Assembly: GCA_963707215.1 (NCBI GenBank)
Contig: CAVPPB010000003.1
Span: 928,001-992,000 of the forward strand
Direction of reading: 5' to 3'
Source: an uncultured Chloroflexia bacterium
GTDB taxonomy: Bacteria; Chloroflexota; Limnocylindria; Limnocylindrales; CSP1-4
Length of the DNA: 64,000 nt
Shown here: piece by piece, positions 28,277 to 38,316 of the stretch
Numbering within the stretch: position 1 is the first letter of the stretch
How the letters are laid out: each line of letters opens with the position of its first letter
Notes under the pieces: generated by a model
The model's database searches: none
What the model saw: the letters and a program-made list of their open reading frames with translations, nothing else
Told to the model about the DNA's origin: nothing
Made by a program: the position numbers and the translations under genes

Positions 28277-29773
28277 TCAGGCCCCGTCGATGCGGACGAG
28301 GAGCAGCTGGCCGCCCTCGCGCTTCTGGATGGCCCCCGGGATCCACGGCGACTCGACCTGGTCGCCGACGAAGACCGTGTGGGCCTGGACGGTGATCAGG
28401 AACGCCCCGTTGCCGAAGTACTGCGAGGCATCGACGACGCCGCTGATCTCCCAGGCGCCGAGGTTGGCGGCCGGGTCGAGGGCCTGGTCGGCCCGGAGGA
28501 CGACCTCGAGCTCGCCGCTGTGCAGGTCGTACCGCCAGACGCGGGCGGTCGTCGAGTCGGGCGAGCCGGGGGCGTAGTTGTTGCCGGAGCTCGGATCCTC
28601 GGTGATGAGCAGGCTGTTCGCCGTCGTCTCGAGGTTGTCGGGCTGGTGGATGGCGCCGAGGGCCTTGAGGCCGAGGGCGTCATGGTCGAAGAGGAAGCGC
28701 AGGCTCAGGACCTGGGACGGATCCTCGGGATCGAGCTCCATCCGCCAGACACGCCCGTTCGGGGCCCCGCCGGAGCCTCGGCCGGAGTCGGCCAGGTAGA
28801 CGACGTTCGGCGTGATCCGGTCGTAGGCGATGTCCTCGATCCGGATGAAGTCGAAGACGCCATTGGCCTGGGACCAGGTCTCGAGGGCCGTCTGGTCGCC
28901 GTCCGCTACCGTGTCCGGGACCGCGATGAACTCGCCGCTCAGCTCCTCGCCGAAGGTGACGTCGTAGTAGTCGTCGTCGGCGCCGTCGGCCTTGAAGGCC
29001 CACAGGCTGCCGCCGTCGTCCCACATGGTCTGGGTATCGGGGGCCGTGTAGAGGTAGAGCTGCGACTGCGGCGGGTTGCTGACGAACGTGTCGTCGCCGG
29101 ACAGGACGGCGATCGTGTCGTAGCCCGGCAGGGCGACGCTGTTCTCGTGGTTGTGGCGGCCCATCCGGTGGATGCTGCGGTACTCGCCGCTGTCCACGTC
29201 GTAGGCGACCACGACGCCGGCCTGCTCCGGGTCGGAGCCGCCCGCGTCCAGCGGGAAGCTCGGCGTACCCGTACGGTTGAAGGTCTGGACCGCCTCCTCG
29301 TTGGTGAGCACGAGGTAGCGATCGAGGCCCTGCTCGGGTCCGGCCATGAAGTTCGAGCAGAAGCGCTGGTAGTTGGCGCTCGACGGGATGGCGTGCGAGG
29401 CCTCGAGGACCTTCCCGTTGCCACGCTTGAGCGTCAGCTTGCTGAGCAGGGAGTTGGTGTAGTCGACCTTGGTCGCCGGGAACGGCTCGAGCGAGGTCTC
29501 GTGGTGGACGTAGATGTCGAGCGTGTTGGTGCCGCGCGGATCGATGGCGATCCCGTCGGGGATGGCCTCCAAGACGTAGTCGCCGACCATGTCGCCGACG
29601 CTGATGAGGGCGCGGATCTCGACGTCGTCGCGGGCCGCCTCCACCATCGGGTCGCCCGACGTCCGGAAGCCGGGGTCCGCGCTGACGGTCGACGCCGTCG
29701 TCGCCAGGATCGCGGCAGCCGCGAACAGCGCGGTCAGCCGGCGACCACTCGCTGGCATGGGGAGCTGTGCCAT
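28277..29773 (-). CDS. Secreted PhoX-like (DUF839) beta-propeller protein
   Basis: Signal peptide; RFCS, MGRHNHEN, FIRIEDI, PDNL, ITED, WEISG, VQAH, GGQLL. GGAGG RBS. Confidence 0.8.
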   Translation of the reverse strand: MAQLPMPASGRRLTALFAAAAILATTASTVSADPGFRTSGDPMVEAARDDVEIRALISVGDMVGDYVLEAIPDGIAIDPRGTNTLDIYVHHETSLEPFPATKVDYTNSLLSKLTLKRGNGKVLEASHAIPSSANYQRFCSNFMAGPEQGLDRYLVLTNEEAVQTFNRTGTPSFPLDAGGSDPEQAGVVVAYDVDSGEYRSIHRMGRHNHENSVALPGYDTIAVLSGDDTFVSNPPQSQLYLYTAPDTQTMWDDGGSLWAFKADGADDDYYDVTFGEELSGEFIAVPDTVADGDQTALETWSQANGVFDFIRIEDIAYDRITPNVVYLADSGRGSGGAPNGRVWRMELDPEDPSQVLSLRFLFDHDALGLKALGAIHQPDNLETTANSLLITEDPSSGNNYAPGSPDSTTARVWRYDLHSGELEVVLRADQALDPAANLGAWEISGVVDASQYFGNGAFLITVQAHTVFVGDQVESPWIPGAIQKREGGQLLLVRIDGA

Positions 29774-29887
29774 GCGGAGCCACCTCCAGGGCACTCGGGG
29801 TGGACGGCCATCGTGCCGTGCCCGGACCCGCATGGGCACGAGCGCTGGTGACCCGTCGGCGGCGGTGCGTCCACGCACCACCGCGGG

Positions 29888-31564
29888 TCAGGATCGAGGC
29901 GCCACCCAGTCCGGCAGCCGGCGCGCCAACGTCGCCAGGGGCAGCGAACCGTGCCCCAGGACCTCGTCGTGGAAGCCCTTGAGGTCGAAACGATCGCCGT
30001 CGCGCTCCTCCAGCTGGCGACGCAGCCGCTGGATCTCGAGCTGGCCCAGCATGTAGGTCAGCGCCTGGCCGGGCCAGACGATGTAGCGGTCGGTCTCGAT
30101 GACGGCATCGGTCATCGTCAGACCGGCCTCGAAGAGGAAGTCGATCGACTGCTGGCGCGTCCAGCGAAGCGCATGGATGCCGCTGTCGACGACCAGGCGG
30201 GCCGCCCGCCAGGCCTGGGCGGTCAGCATCCCGTAGCGCTCCTGGTCGTTGCGGAAGAGGCCAAGCTCGTCGGCCAGCCGCTCCGAGTAGAGGCCCCACC
30301 CCTCGACGTAGGCCCCGCCCGCCATGCGGGCGCCGAACCGCCGGAAGGTTCCCAGGCGGTCGTTCTCCATCTCGAGAGCGATCTGGAAGTGGTGGCCCGG
30401 CACGGCCTCGTGGTAGGTCGTCGTGGCGAGGCTGGAGTACATCCGCGACGGCAGGTCGTAGGTGTTGGCGTAGTAGATGCCGTCGCGGGTCCCGGCGATG
30501 TCCGGCGGGCTGTAGTAGGCGAAGGGTGCGTCCTTCTCCTTGAAGGTCTCGACGGCCCGGACCTCGCAGCCGGCTCGCGGCAGGCGCCCGAAGTAGCGAG
30601 GCGCCAGCGCCATCGCCCGCTCGATATCCTCGCGAGCCCGGCTGAGCATCTCCTCGGCCGTGGCCGGGTGGTTGCCGGGATCGTCGACGAGTTGCCGGCG
30701 GTAGGCGGCCAGGTCGCTGCCGAAGCCGGCCGCCTCCGAGATCGCCCGCTGCTCGGCACGGATCGACTCCAGCTGCTGGAGGCCGATCCGGTGGACCTCG
30801 GCGGGGTCGATGTCGAGGGTGGTCCAGGCCAGGACCTGGGTCCGGTAGAGCACGTCGCCGCGCGGCAGCGACCAGATCCCCGGGTCCTCGCGCGTGGATG
30901 GGTACGACTCCTTGATGGCCCGGAGGAAGGCCGCGTCGGCCGGGTAGACGACATCCCGGACGACCTCCCTGACCCGCTCCCGGGTCTCGGCCGAGGCGTC
31001 GCGGAGGAGCGACGGGATGACCGCCTCGGCGATCGGGACGGCCAGGAGCCCCTCGAGCTGGGCGATGGTCCGGTCAGCGGCCACGCGGGCCGGGGTCAGG
31101 CCGAGCGCGACGCCCTCCCGGATGAGCTCGACGTTGGCGGCCATGTACGGACCGTAGGCCCGCAGCCTGGTGAGGAGCCGCTCAGCCCGCTCCGGCGTGT
31201 CGGCACGCTGGAACTGGACCAGCTGGGGCAGCACCGTCTGGGGCCCTTCGATCTGGTCGACGAGGCGAAGCAGGTCGGCCCGCTGGTCGTCCTGGGCGAT
31301 CGCGAGGCCGGCGATGGTCAGCAGCAGGTCCCGGGTGATCGTGTCCTCGACGGACAGGCCCTCCGGGTCGATCGCCCGGGCCTCCCGAAGGACGTCCTCG
31401 TTGACCGTCCGGGCCCGGGCGCGGCCCGCTCCGGAGGGATCCTCGAGACGGTCGTCGTAGCGCTCGTCGCCGTACATGGTGGCCACGGTCGGGTGCAGCT
31501 CCAGGAGCGACTCCCAGTACCGATCGGCAAGGGCATCGACGGGCGAGGTGGTTTCGGCGGACAT
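29888..31564 (-). CDS. DUF885 family protein (putative metallopeptidase)
   Basis: YHEAVPGHHFQ, YVEGWGLYSE, WRAARLVVDSGIH, RYIVWPGQALTY, KGFHDEVL. Confidence 0.92.
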   Translation of the reverse strand: MSAETTSPVDALADRYWESLLELHPTVATMYGDERYDDRLEDPSGAGRARARTVNEDVLREARAIDPEGLSVEDTITRDLLLTIAGLAIAQDDQRADLLRLVDQIEGPQTVLPQLVQFQRADTPERAERLLTRLRAYGPYMAANVELIREGVALGLTPARVAADRTIAQLEGLLAVPIAEAVIPSLLRDASAETRERVREVVRDVVYPADAAFLRAIKESYPSTREDPGIWSLPRGDVLYRTQVLAWTTLDIDPAEVHRIGLQQLESIRAEQRAISEAAGFGSDLAAYRRQLVDDPGNHPATAEEMLSRAREDIERAMALAPRYFGRLPRAGCEVRAVETFKEKDAPFAYYSPPDIAGTRDGIYYANTYDLPSRMYSSLATTTYHEAVPGHHFQIALEMENDRLGTFRRFGARMAGGAYVEGWGLYSERLADELGLFRNDQERYGMLTAQAWRAARLVVDSGIHALRWTRQQSIDFLFEAGLTMTDAVIETDRYIVWPGQALTYMLGQLEIQRLRRQLEERDGDRFDLKGFHDEVLGHGSLPLATLARRLPDWVAPRS

Positions 31565-31636
31565 GGTCACTCCCGTGCGGCGCGTCGCGGACGCGGCTCT
31601 TGGACGGCAAGCGTAGCGCTCCGGCTCGACCGGGAC

Positions 31637-34513
31637 TCAGCCGTTGAAGAGCGGGAGCTGCTCCCCTCCCCGCTCGACGATCGGATCGAGTCCGAGGTAC
31701 GGCTCGAGCCCATCGAGGGTCGGGGCCTCGAGCTCGGCGAAGGCGCGGAGGTGGTGGGCCTTGAGGAAGTGCCAGTTGTCGACGGTCAGGGCGGCCCGCA
31801 GGATCGGCGAGCGCTCGAGCTTGTGGCGGATGAGCTCGGCCCGCTCGGGCGGCACGACCATGATCCGGACGATCCGATCGTCCGGCGGGACCCGGCCACC
31901 CCGGCGGATGACCGGCTCATCGAGCATGGCCGTCCACTGGACCGTGAACAGCACCGTGAGTCTGCGGCGGGCGTACCAGATGGCGTCCGTCTCGGCGAGC
32001 AGATCGGCCGGTCCTCGGGCGACGAGGGGCATGTGCACTGCCAGCTCCCGGGGATCGAGGCGGGCCGCCAGCGGTCGGCCGCCGACGGTCCGCTCCTGCT
32101 CCCGGGCGTCGATCCAGACCGACAGCCCGAGCCGATGCCCAAGATCGGCGAGGAGGGCCAGCAGCTCACCGCGCTCACGGGTCCGGCGGACCAGGTCGTC
32201 CGCGGTGACGAGACGGTCGGGGGCGCTCGTCCGGGAACGGTAGGCGTCGAGACAGGCCCGGACAAGCGTCTCGTCGGGACGATCGTGCCCCGAGAACAGG
32301 CCGCCGATCCGCTCCAGGAATGCCTCCTCGGTGAGCGGTCCGGCGGTCGAGAGGAGGCTGAAGATCGCCCACTCGACACGATCGGCCAACGGGAGGGCGG
32401 CTGCCTCGCGGTCACGACGATCCGCCAGCCACCAGCGGTCGGGCTCGATCTCGACGAGGCGACGCTGGTCGGAGCGCCCCATCTCGTCCCGGATCAGGGC
32501 GATCACCCGATCCACCTGCCCACCGGATCCCTCGTGCCCGGGCCGATCGAGGCTCCACAGGTCGGGTTCGGGCCTGGCCAGAGCCGCCGGACGGGTCTCG
32601 GGCTCGGTCGATGCCGACGCCGACAGGCTGTCGCCCGGCGTCTCGATCGGCGACGAGACCTCGTCCGCCGTGGCCCTCGGCTGGGGCTCCGCCGGTGTCG
32701 CGGGGAGGTCGCCCAGCGCGGGGGAGGCCGCCGACTCCGGTGCCTTGGGCGGTGCCGATGCGCCGGCGGTCGGATCGGGCACACGTCCCGGCGCCTCGGT
32801 CCCGCTGGCGACCAGGCGGCGAAGGTGACCCGCCCGGTCGAGGCCGACGAGGATCTCCCCGAAGAGCCGGTCCGTGCGGGCTGGCTCGCCACGTGCCTTG
32901 AGGATGTCGACGGCGACGTCGGTCACCGACCGGGCCGCGTCGGCCTGCGAGAAGGGTCGGGCGTCGAAGCGCTCGGGGGGGCCGAGGATCCCCCGGCCAG
33001 GCACCAGGTCGGGATCGCCCGCCCCGCCCGGGACGGCCGGAAGCGGGACGTTGGCACGGGTCCGGGGTCCTGGCGGGAGGGCCGCGCCCGGTGGCCGGAG
33101 CTCCACGATGGACGCCGCTTCCGGTGCCTCGGCCAGCCTCGCGGCCGTCAGCCGGTAGCCGGCCCCGATCCCGCCGAGGGCGGCCGCCACGATCGGCTCC
33201 TTGCCGTCCGGATCGCAGAGCAGGACGGCGCGACCATCGCGTGCCAGCATCGGCTCGGCGGCCTCGAGCGATCGTCCGAGCGCCGCGGCCTGCCAGGCCC
33301 AGGGCACGCGCCCGACCCCGGCGGCGAGGGTATCGAGCGGGAGGAGCGCTGCAGCGGAGCGACCGAGGGTCCACGCGGTGGCGAGGTAGGCGAAGGCGAG
33401 GCGGTCGGGCGCCGGTCGGAGCGGAGGCTGGGCGAGGATCAGTCGAACCCTCGACCGGCCCTCGCTCCGGCCGGTCCGGCGAGCCTCCCCTGCGAGGGCC
33501 CGGTAGCCGGAGGCGGTGCCCACTCGGACCGACACGGTCGCCGTCCCGTCGACGAGCGAGAGGAGGTCGGGACCCACCCTGGCCGTCAGTGACCCGCCAG
33601 AGCCCTCGAGGTGCTGGAGGAACCGACGGACCTGGCGATAGCCGTCCTCGAAAGCCAGCCAGGGATTGCGCTCGCGCCACTGCCCGGTCGGCATCCGCAG
33701 CCGCCCGCCCGAGACCCGGAGCAGGCCGGTCCGGCCGCCCTGCTGATGGAGGCGGCTGGCCGGCAGGAGGGCTCCGAGCAACGCGAAGCGGAGCGCGGCC
33801 TCGACGTTGGCTGCCCGCAGGTCGCTCTCGATCCGGTCCAGGATCGCGGCGAGGCCGATCAGCTGGCGCGGAGTGTGGAGGGCAAGGAAGTCGTCCACGA
33901 GCCCCTCGCTCCCCTCGGGGACCGGGAAGCGATCACGGATCAGGTCGAGCGCCTCGCGAGCGTCGTCCCCCCCGTCGTCGAAGGCCAGCTCGAGATCCGC
34001 CTCGGTCGGCGAGGCGGATCGGTGCTCGCCGCCGCCCCGCTGGGCGGCGCAGACCGGACATCGGTAGTGCCGTGCCGACGGCTCGCCCCTGGCGTCGTCG
34101 GAGCCGCTGGCCCAGGCGAGCTCGTCGAGGATCGAGGGACGTTCGCACGTCGCGCATCGGGTCGCGAAGCGTGACCCGATCCACAGGCGGAGGCTGCTGT
34201 CGCGACGCGGCGATGCCGCCAGGGCACCGAACGACGCATCGAGGTGTCGCAGGTCGGGCGGCCTGAGGACGAGATCGGCGAGCAACCGCGCCAGCGGGCT
34301 GGCCTCGAGCGAGATCGCCCGCCGATCCCGCTGGGCGGCCGCCCGGGCGATCCAGCCACCCCGTCCGTGGAGGTCGATGAGGACGTCGCCGGCGACGGTC
34401 GCCGCTTCGATCCATTCCGCGACGACGTCGATCGGTGGTGGCGGGGCAAGTCGGTCCATGGACGGCAGGCCGACGAGTGACCCCGTCCCGCCCGGACCCG
34501 CGTGCTCCACCAT
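31637..34513 (-). CDS. Large degenerate DNA methyltransferase-like protein with Zn ribbon
   Basis: Motif-I-like VLIDLHGRGGWIA..RRAISLEASP, CATC...CPVC, motif-IV-like RLILAQPP, C-terminal TDAIW..LFTVQW. Confidence 0.65.
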   Translation of the reverse strand: MVEHAGPGGTGSLVGLPSMDRLAPPPPIDVVAEWIEAATVAGDVLIDLHGRGGWIARAAAQRDRRAISLEASPLARLLADLVLRPPDLRHLDASFGALAASPRRDSSLRLWIGSRFATRCATCERPSILDELAWASGSDDARGEPSARHYRCPVCAAQRGGGEHRSASPTEADLELAFDDGGDDAREALDLIRDRFPVPEGSEGLVDDFLALHTPRQLIGLAAILDRIESDLRAANVEAALRFALLGALLPASRLHQQGGRTGLLRVSGGRLRMPTGQWRERNPWLAFEDGYRQVRRFLQHLEGSGGSLTARVGPDLLSLVDGTATVSVRVGTASGYRALAGEARRTGRSEGRSRVRLILAQPPLRPAPDRLAFAYLATAWTLGRSAAALLPLDTLAAGVGRVPWAWQAAALGRSLEAAEPMLARDGRAVLLCDPDGKEPIVAAALGGIGAGYRLTAARLAEAPEAASIVELRPPGAALPPGPRTRANVPLPAVPGGAGDPDLVPGRGILGPPERFDARPFSQADAARSVTDVAVDILKARGEPARTDRLFGEILVGLDRAGHLRRLVASGTEAPGRVPDPTAGASAPPKAPESAASPALGDLPATPAEPQPRATADEVSSPIETPGDSLSASASTEPETRPAALARPEPDLWSLDRPGHEGSGGQVDRVIALIRDEMGRSDQRRLVEIEPDRWWLADRRDREAAALPLADRVEWAIFSLLSTAGPLTEEAFLERIGGLFSGHDRPDETLVRACLDAYRSRTSAPDRLVTADDLVRRTRERGELLALLADLGHRLGLSVWIDAREQERTVGGRPLAARLDPRELAVHMPLVARGPADLLAETDAIWYARRRLTVLFTVQWTAMLDEPVIRRGGRVPPDDRIVRIMVVPPERAELIRHKLERSPILRAALTVDNWHFLKAHHLRAFAELEAPTLDGLEPYLGLDPIVERGGEQLPLFNG

Positions 34514-34620
34514 CCCGGGATCGTGCCAGTGAGACCGGGGATCGGCAACCCGGCGGACCTGCCGGGGCTACCATCGTCCGGGACACGGACCGCGGGCCGG
34601 ACGGGACGCGGTGGGCACCG

Positions 34621-35670
34621 ATGAAGCGGGATGAACGGGTGAGCGACGGAACCGACACGACAACGGCGGGCGAACGAGCACCGGGTCGAGTGGCGGACCA
34701 GGCCGACGGGCGGGCGATCTGGGCCGCCGTCCGCGTCGCCGTGGGCGAGGCGGTCGTCGGGGCCGAGGATGCGCTCCGCCTCGTGATGGTGGCCCTCCTC
34801 GCCGACGGCCACGCCCTGATCGAGGACGTCCCGGGCATCGGCAAGACACTGCTCGCCCGGGCGACCTCCCGGGCGCTCGGCCTGGCCACCGCCCGGATCC
34901 AGGGGACGCCCGACCTGCTGCCGACCGATGTGACCGGCGGCAGCATCCTCGAGGGGGGCTCGCTCCGGTTCGTGGCCGGACCCGTCTTCACCAACCTGCT
35001 GCTCGTCGACGAGATCAACCGGGCGACGCCGCGAACCCAGTCCGCCCTCCTCGAGGCGATGCAGGAGCGGCAGGTGACCGTGGAAGGTGTGACCCGCCCG
35101 CTGCCCGATCCGTTCCTGGTCCTGGCGACCCAGAACCCGATCGAGTACGAGGGCACGTTCGCCCTGCCGGAAGCCCAGGTGGACCGGTTCCTGCTGCGGA
35201 TCCGGCTCGGCTACCCGTCGGAGGACGAGGAGCGGGCCATCGCTCGCCGCTACCGGGCGGAGGCCGAGCCCCTCGATCTCGTGCCGACGGCGATGGACGC
35301 GGTGACCGTGCTGGGACTGCGTGACCGGGTCCGTCGACTGGCCGTCGCGGACGAGGTCGAGACCTATGTCGTGGCCCTGGCGGTCGCCTCTCGCCGGCAC
35401 CCGCAGCTCCAGCTCGGAGCGAGCCCCCGGGCGACCGTCGCCCTCTACCGGGCCGCCCAGGCGTGGGCGTTCCTGGCCGGACGCGACTTCGTCCTCCCCG
35501 ACGACGTCAAGTCCGTCGCCGGTCCGGTCCTTGCCCACCGCCTGGTGGTGGACCTCGACCAGGGGCTCCGCGGCGCAACGAGCGACGCGGTGGTCGACGA
35601 GCTCCTCGCGACGGTACCGGCTCCGCCCGCAGGCGGCCCGCCCGCCGCGGATGCGCCGACCGCGCGCTGA
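34621..35670 (+). CDS. MoxR family AAA+ ATPase
   Basis: GHALIEDVPGIGKT, TPDLLPTDVTG, DEINRA.P.TQSALLEAMQE, ATQNPIEYEGTF.LPEAQ.DRF. Confidence 0.95.
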   Translation: MKRDERVSDGTDTTTAGERAPGRVADQADGRAIWAAVRVAVGEAVVGAEDALRLVMVALLADGHALIEDVPGIGKTLLARATSRALGLATARIQGTPDLLPTDVTGGSILEGGSLRFVAGPVFTNLLLVDEINRATPRTQSALLEAMQERQVTVEGVTRPLPDPFLVLATQNPIEYEGTFALPEAQVDRFLLRIRLGYPSEDEERAIARRYRAEAEPLDLVPTAMDAVTVLGLRDRVRRLAVADEVETYVVALAVASRRHPQLQLGASPRATVALYRAAQAWAFLAGRDFVLPDDVKSVAGPVLAHRLVVDLDQGLRGATSDAVVDELLATVPAPPAGGPPAADAPTAR

Positions 35671-35680
35671 GGCTGACCGG

Positions 35681-36907
35681 GTGCCGGGCGGCCTGATCCT
35701 CGGCGGCGGCCTGGTCCTCCTCGGAGCCCTGGTCGAGCAGCCACTGGTCGTCGTCCTCGGCGTGGTCGCGACCCTGGTCGAGTCCGTCCGCCTCCTCTGG
35801 CAGCGAGCCGGCGCGTCGCGCGTCGTCTACCGGCGCCGCTTCGAGCGTGACCGCGCCGTGGTCGGGGACGACGTCCCGCTCACGGTGATCGCCTGGAACC
35901 GCGGGCGGCTGCCCCTGGCCTGGGTCCGGGCCGAGGACGCCGTGTCGCGCGGCCTGGCAGTCGCGGAGCGGGAGCTCGTCCCGAGCGACGACTTCGGGCA
36001 GGCCCTGGCGAACGCCTGGACCCTCGCCCCGAGCGAGCGGGTGACCCGCCACTTCCGAGCCCGGGCGCTTCGCCGGGGTGTCCAGTCGGTCGGTCCCGCC
36101 CGCCTGGCCGTCGGCGACCTCTTCGCGGCAAGGGCGGCCGAGCTCACCGTCGGCGGTGCCGAGCGCCTCATCGTCCGGCCTCGCACGGTCGCCGTGGCGG
36201 GCCTCGAGCAGCGCACCCGGTGGGCCGGTTCCGAGCGCGCCCGGCGCGGCCTCTCGGAGCACCTGACGAGCTACGCGGGGCTTCGCGACTACCGTCCGGG
36301 CGACCCCGTCCGGCGGATCCACCACCGAGCCTCGGCCCGGACGGGACGACTGCTGGTGAAGCGGTTCGACCCGGCGCGCGAGCGCGAGGTCCTCATCGCC
36401 CTCGACATCCAGACCGTGGAAGGTCCGGCCTGGCAGCCACAGTACGACGACGACCTGGTCGAGGGACTCTGCGTCATCGCCGGCTCGATCGCCCGCCGTC
36501 TCCGCGCGGACGGGGCGGCCGTCGGCCTGGCCGTCGCCGGCTACTCGGGTGCGCCGCGCCCCATGGCCATCCTGCCGCCGTCGGCAGGGGCCGGCCAGGT
36601 GCCCCGGATCCTCGACACGCTCGCCCGGCTGGGTCCCTTCCCCTCTGCGCCGTTCGGGCGCCTGCTCGGCGTGCTGCCGCGCGCCCTGCGGCCGGGCGCC
36701 GAGGTGCTCGTCCTGACGGCCCGTGACCCGGCGTCGTGGCTCGCGTCGCTCCGCCGGATGGGGACGTCGGGCTTCGGGGTCGAGGTCGTTGCCGTCGGCC
36801 CCGATGCGGGAAGGACGGTGGCGCGGGCTCGTGCCGCCGGGATCCCGGCGCGGGTCGCCCATCTCGACGGCGGCTGGGCGGACGCCACCGGGCTGGTCGT
36901 CGCATGA
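35681..36907 (+). CDS. DUF58 domain protein
   Basis: GLRDYRPGDPVRRIHHRASARTGRLLVKRF; follows MoxR. Confidence 0.9.
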   Translation: MPGGLILGGGLVLLGALVEQPLVVVLGVVATLVESVRLLWQRAGASRVVYRRRFERDRAVVGDDVPLTVIAWNRGRLPLAWVRAEDAVSRGLAVAERELVPSDDFGQALANAWTLAPSERVTRHFRARALRRGVQSVGPARLAVGDLFAARAAELTVGGAERLIVRPRTVAVAGLEQRTRWAGSERARRGLSEHLTSYAGLRDYRPGDPVRRIHHRASARTGRLLVKRFDPAREREVLIALDIQTVEGPAWQPQYDDDLVEGLCVIAGSIARRLRADGAAVGLAVAGYSGAPRPMAILPPSAGAGQVPRILDTLARLGPFPSAPFGRLLGVLPRALRPGAEVLVLTARDPASWLASLRRMGTSGFGVEVVAVGPDAGRTVARARAAGIPARVAHLDGGWADATGLVVA

Positions 36908-38295
36908 CCGATACGCCCACCCGGCCGGTCGTCGGTGTCCCCCGGGTCAGGTGGGCGGGCCGGCCGATCGTGGTCGAGCTCGTGCCGGCGGCACTCGCGG
37001 TAACCGCCGAGGGTGCCTGGGTCGCCGTCCTCTACGCGCTCGTCGAAGCCGCGGCGGCAGGGCCCTTCGTCGTCGGCCCGCTCGGCATGGTCCTCGCGGC
37101 GGCCGGAGGGTTCGCCGCGGCCCGCCTCCTGGCGCGCCGCCTGGGCGAGCGCTGGCCGATGGTCGCCCTGGGGCTGGTGCTGGGTGCCGGGGTCCTCGGC
37201 TGGCTCGCCGACCCGACCGTCCGGACGTTCCTTGCCGACGGCGCGCCCGACCGAGCGACCTTCACCCACCCGGGCGGCTGGCTCGCGGGCCTGGCCTTCC
37301 TCCGGGGGATCGCCCACGCTCGCCCGTCGACGTCCGGCGCGGTCCTCGAGCGGCTGATGGTCGTGGGCCTGCCGGCGCTCGCGATCCCGCTCCTGGTCGG
37401 CGGGATGCTGGCCGCGCCGCGCTGGGAGCGCTTCGTCGCCGAGGCCACGCCGGCGATCCTCCTCTTCATCGTCTCGGGGACCGTCGGCCTGGCCGTCCGG
37501 AGACTTGACCAGGTCGGCGTCGGTGCCGGGTTCGACTGGCGCCGGAACCGGGCCTGGCTGCTGATGGTGGCGCTCCTGGTGGTCGGCGCGGGCCTCCTGG
37601 CCATCCCGGTCTCAGGCTTCGTGGGGCCGGCCGTCCGGATCGGCGTCGGGATCCTCGTCGTCCCCCTCCTCCTGGTGGGGGCTGTCGCCGGTTTCGGCCA
37701 GGTCAGCCGCCGGGCCGTGATCTCGCTGCTCGCCCTCGGGTTCGTCCTCATGCTCCTCGTGGCGCTCGCGGGCCCGGCGAGCCAGCCAGCGCCGGAGCCA
37801 CCGGGCCAGGTCGCGCCGGGGGGCGGCGGCACGGCGGGCGACCTCCTGATCACGATCGGCGGGGGCGGCTTGCTGGCCCTGCTCGTCGTCCTCGGGATCC
37901 TGGTCCTCGCCCGGCTCTGGATGCGCGAGGCGTTGCGCCCGAGCGGCTCCGACGTCCCGGAGGAACGGGTCATCGATCCCGGAGAGCGCGAGCCGGTGGC
38001 GCGACGGCGCCCGGCCGCGGCACGGCGACGGCGGGCGGAGCCGACGGATGCGGCCACGGCCTACCTGGCGCTCGTCGACGACCTCGAGCCGAGGCCAGCG
38101 GTCCGGCGATCGGCGGGCGAGACACCGGCGGAGCATGCCCGACGCCTTCGTGACGGAGGGCTGGGGTCGACGTCGCTCGACCTCCTGGCGGCCGACTACG
38201 CGCTGGCCCGGTTCGGCGGGCGACGGCTCTCCGACCTCGAGGACCGCCGAGGCCTGGCCCGGTGGCGGCGGCTCCGGGCGACCCTGGGACGCTGA
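36904..38295 (+). CDS. Membrane protein with C-terminal DUF4129 domain
   Basis: Multiple TM segments, then RSAGETPAEHARRL...YALARFG. ATGA overlap with the DUF58 gene. Confidence 0.8.
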   Translation: MTDTPTRPVVGVPRVRWAGRPIVVELVPAALAVTAEGAWVAVLYALVEAAAAGPFVVGPLGMVLAAAGGFAAARLLARRLGERWPMVALGLVLGAGVLGWLADPTVRTFLADGAPDRATFTHPGGWLAGLAFLRGIAHARPSTSGAVLERLMVVGLPALAIPLLVGGMLAAPRWERFVAEATPAILLFIVSGTVGLAVRRLDQVGVGAGFDWRRNRAWLLMVALLVVGAGLLAIPVSGFVGPAVRIGVGILVVPLLLVGAVAGFGQVSRRAVISLLALGFVLMLLVALAGPASQPAPEPPGQVAPGGGGTAGDLLITIGGGGLLALLVVLGILVLARLWMREALRPSGSDVPEERVIDPGEREPVARRRPAAARRRRAEPTDAATAYLALVDDLEPRPAVRRSAGETPAEHARRLRDGGLGSTSLDLLAADYALARFGGRRLSDLEDRRGLARWRRLRATLGR

Positions 38296-38316
38296 CGGCG
38301 GCGGCCGGATCGAAGG

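Noticed and set aside
29951-33592. 1213 aa + strand ORF and other long antisense ORFs (e.g. 3625-6528, 6577-8751)
   Set aside because: These are shadow frames of well-supported opposite-strand genes. They have no motifs and are expected in high-GC DNA.
34621-38295. MoxR-DUF58-DUF4129 operon as a novel system
   Set aside because: This is a common, widely annotated gene arrangement.
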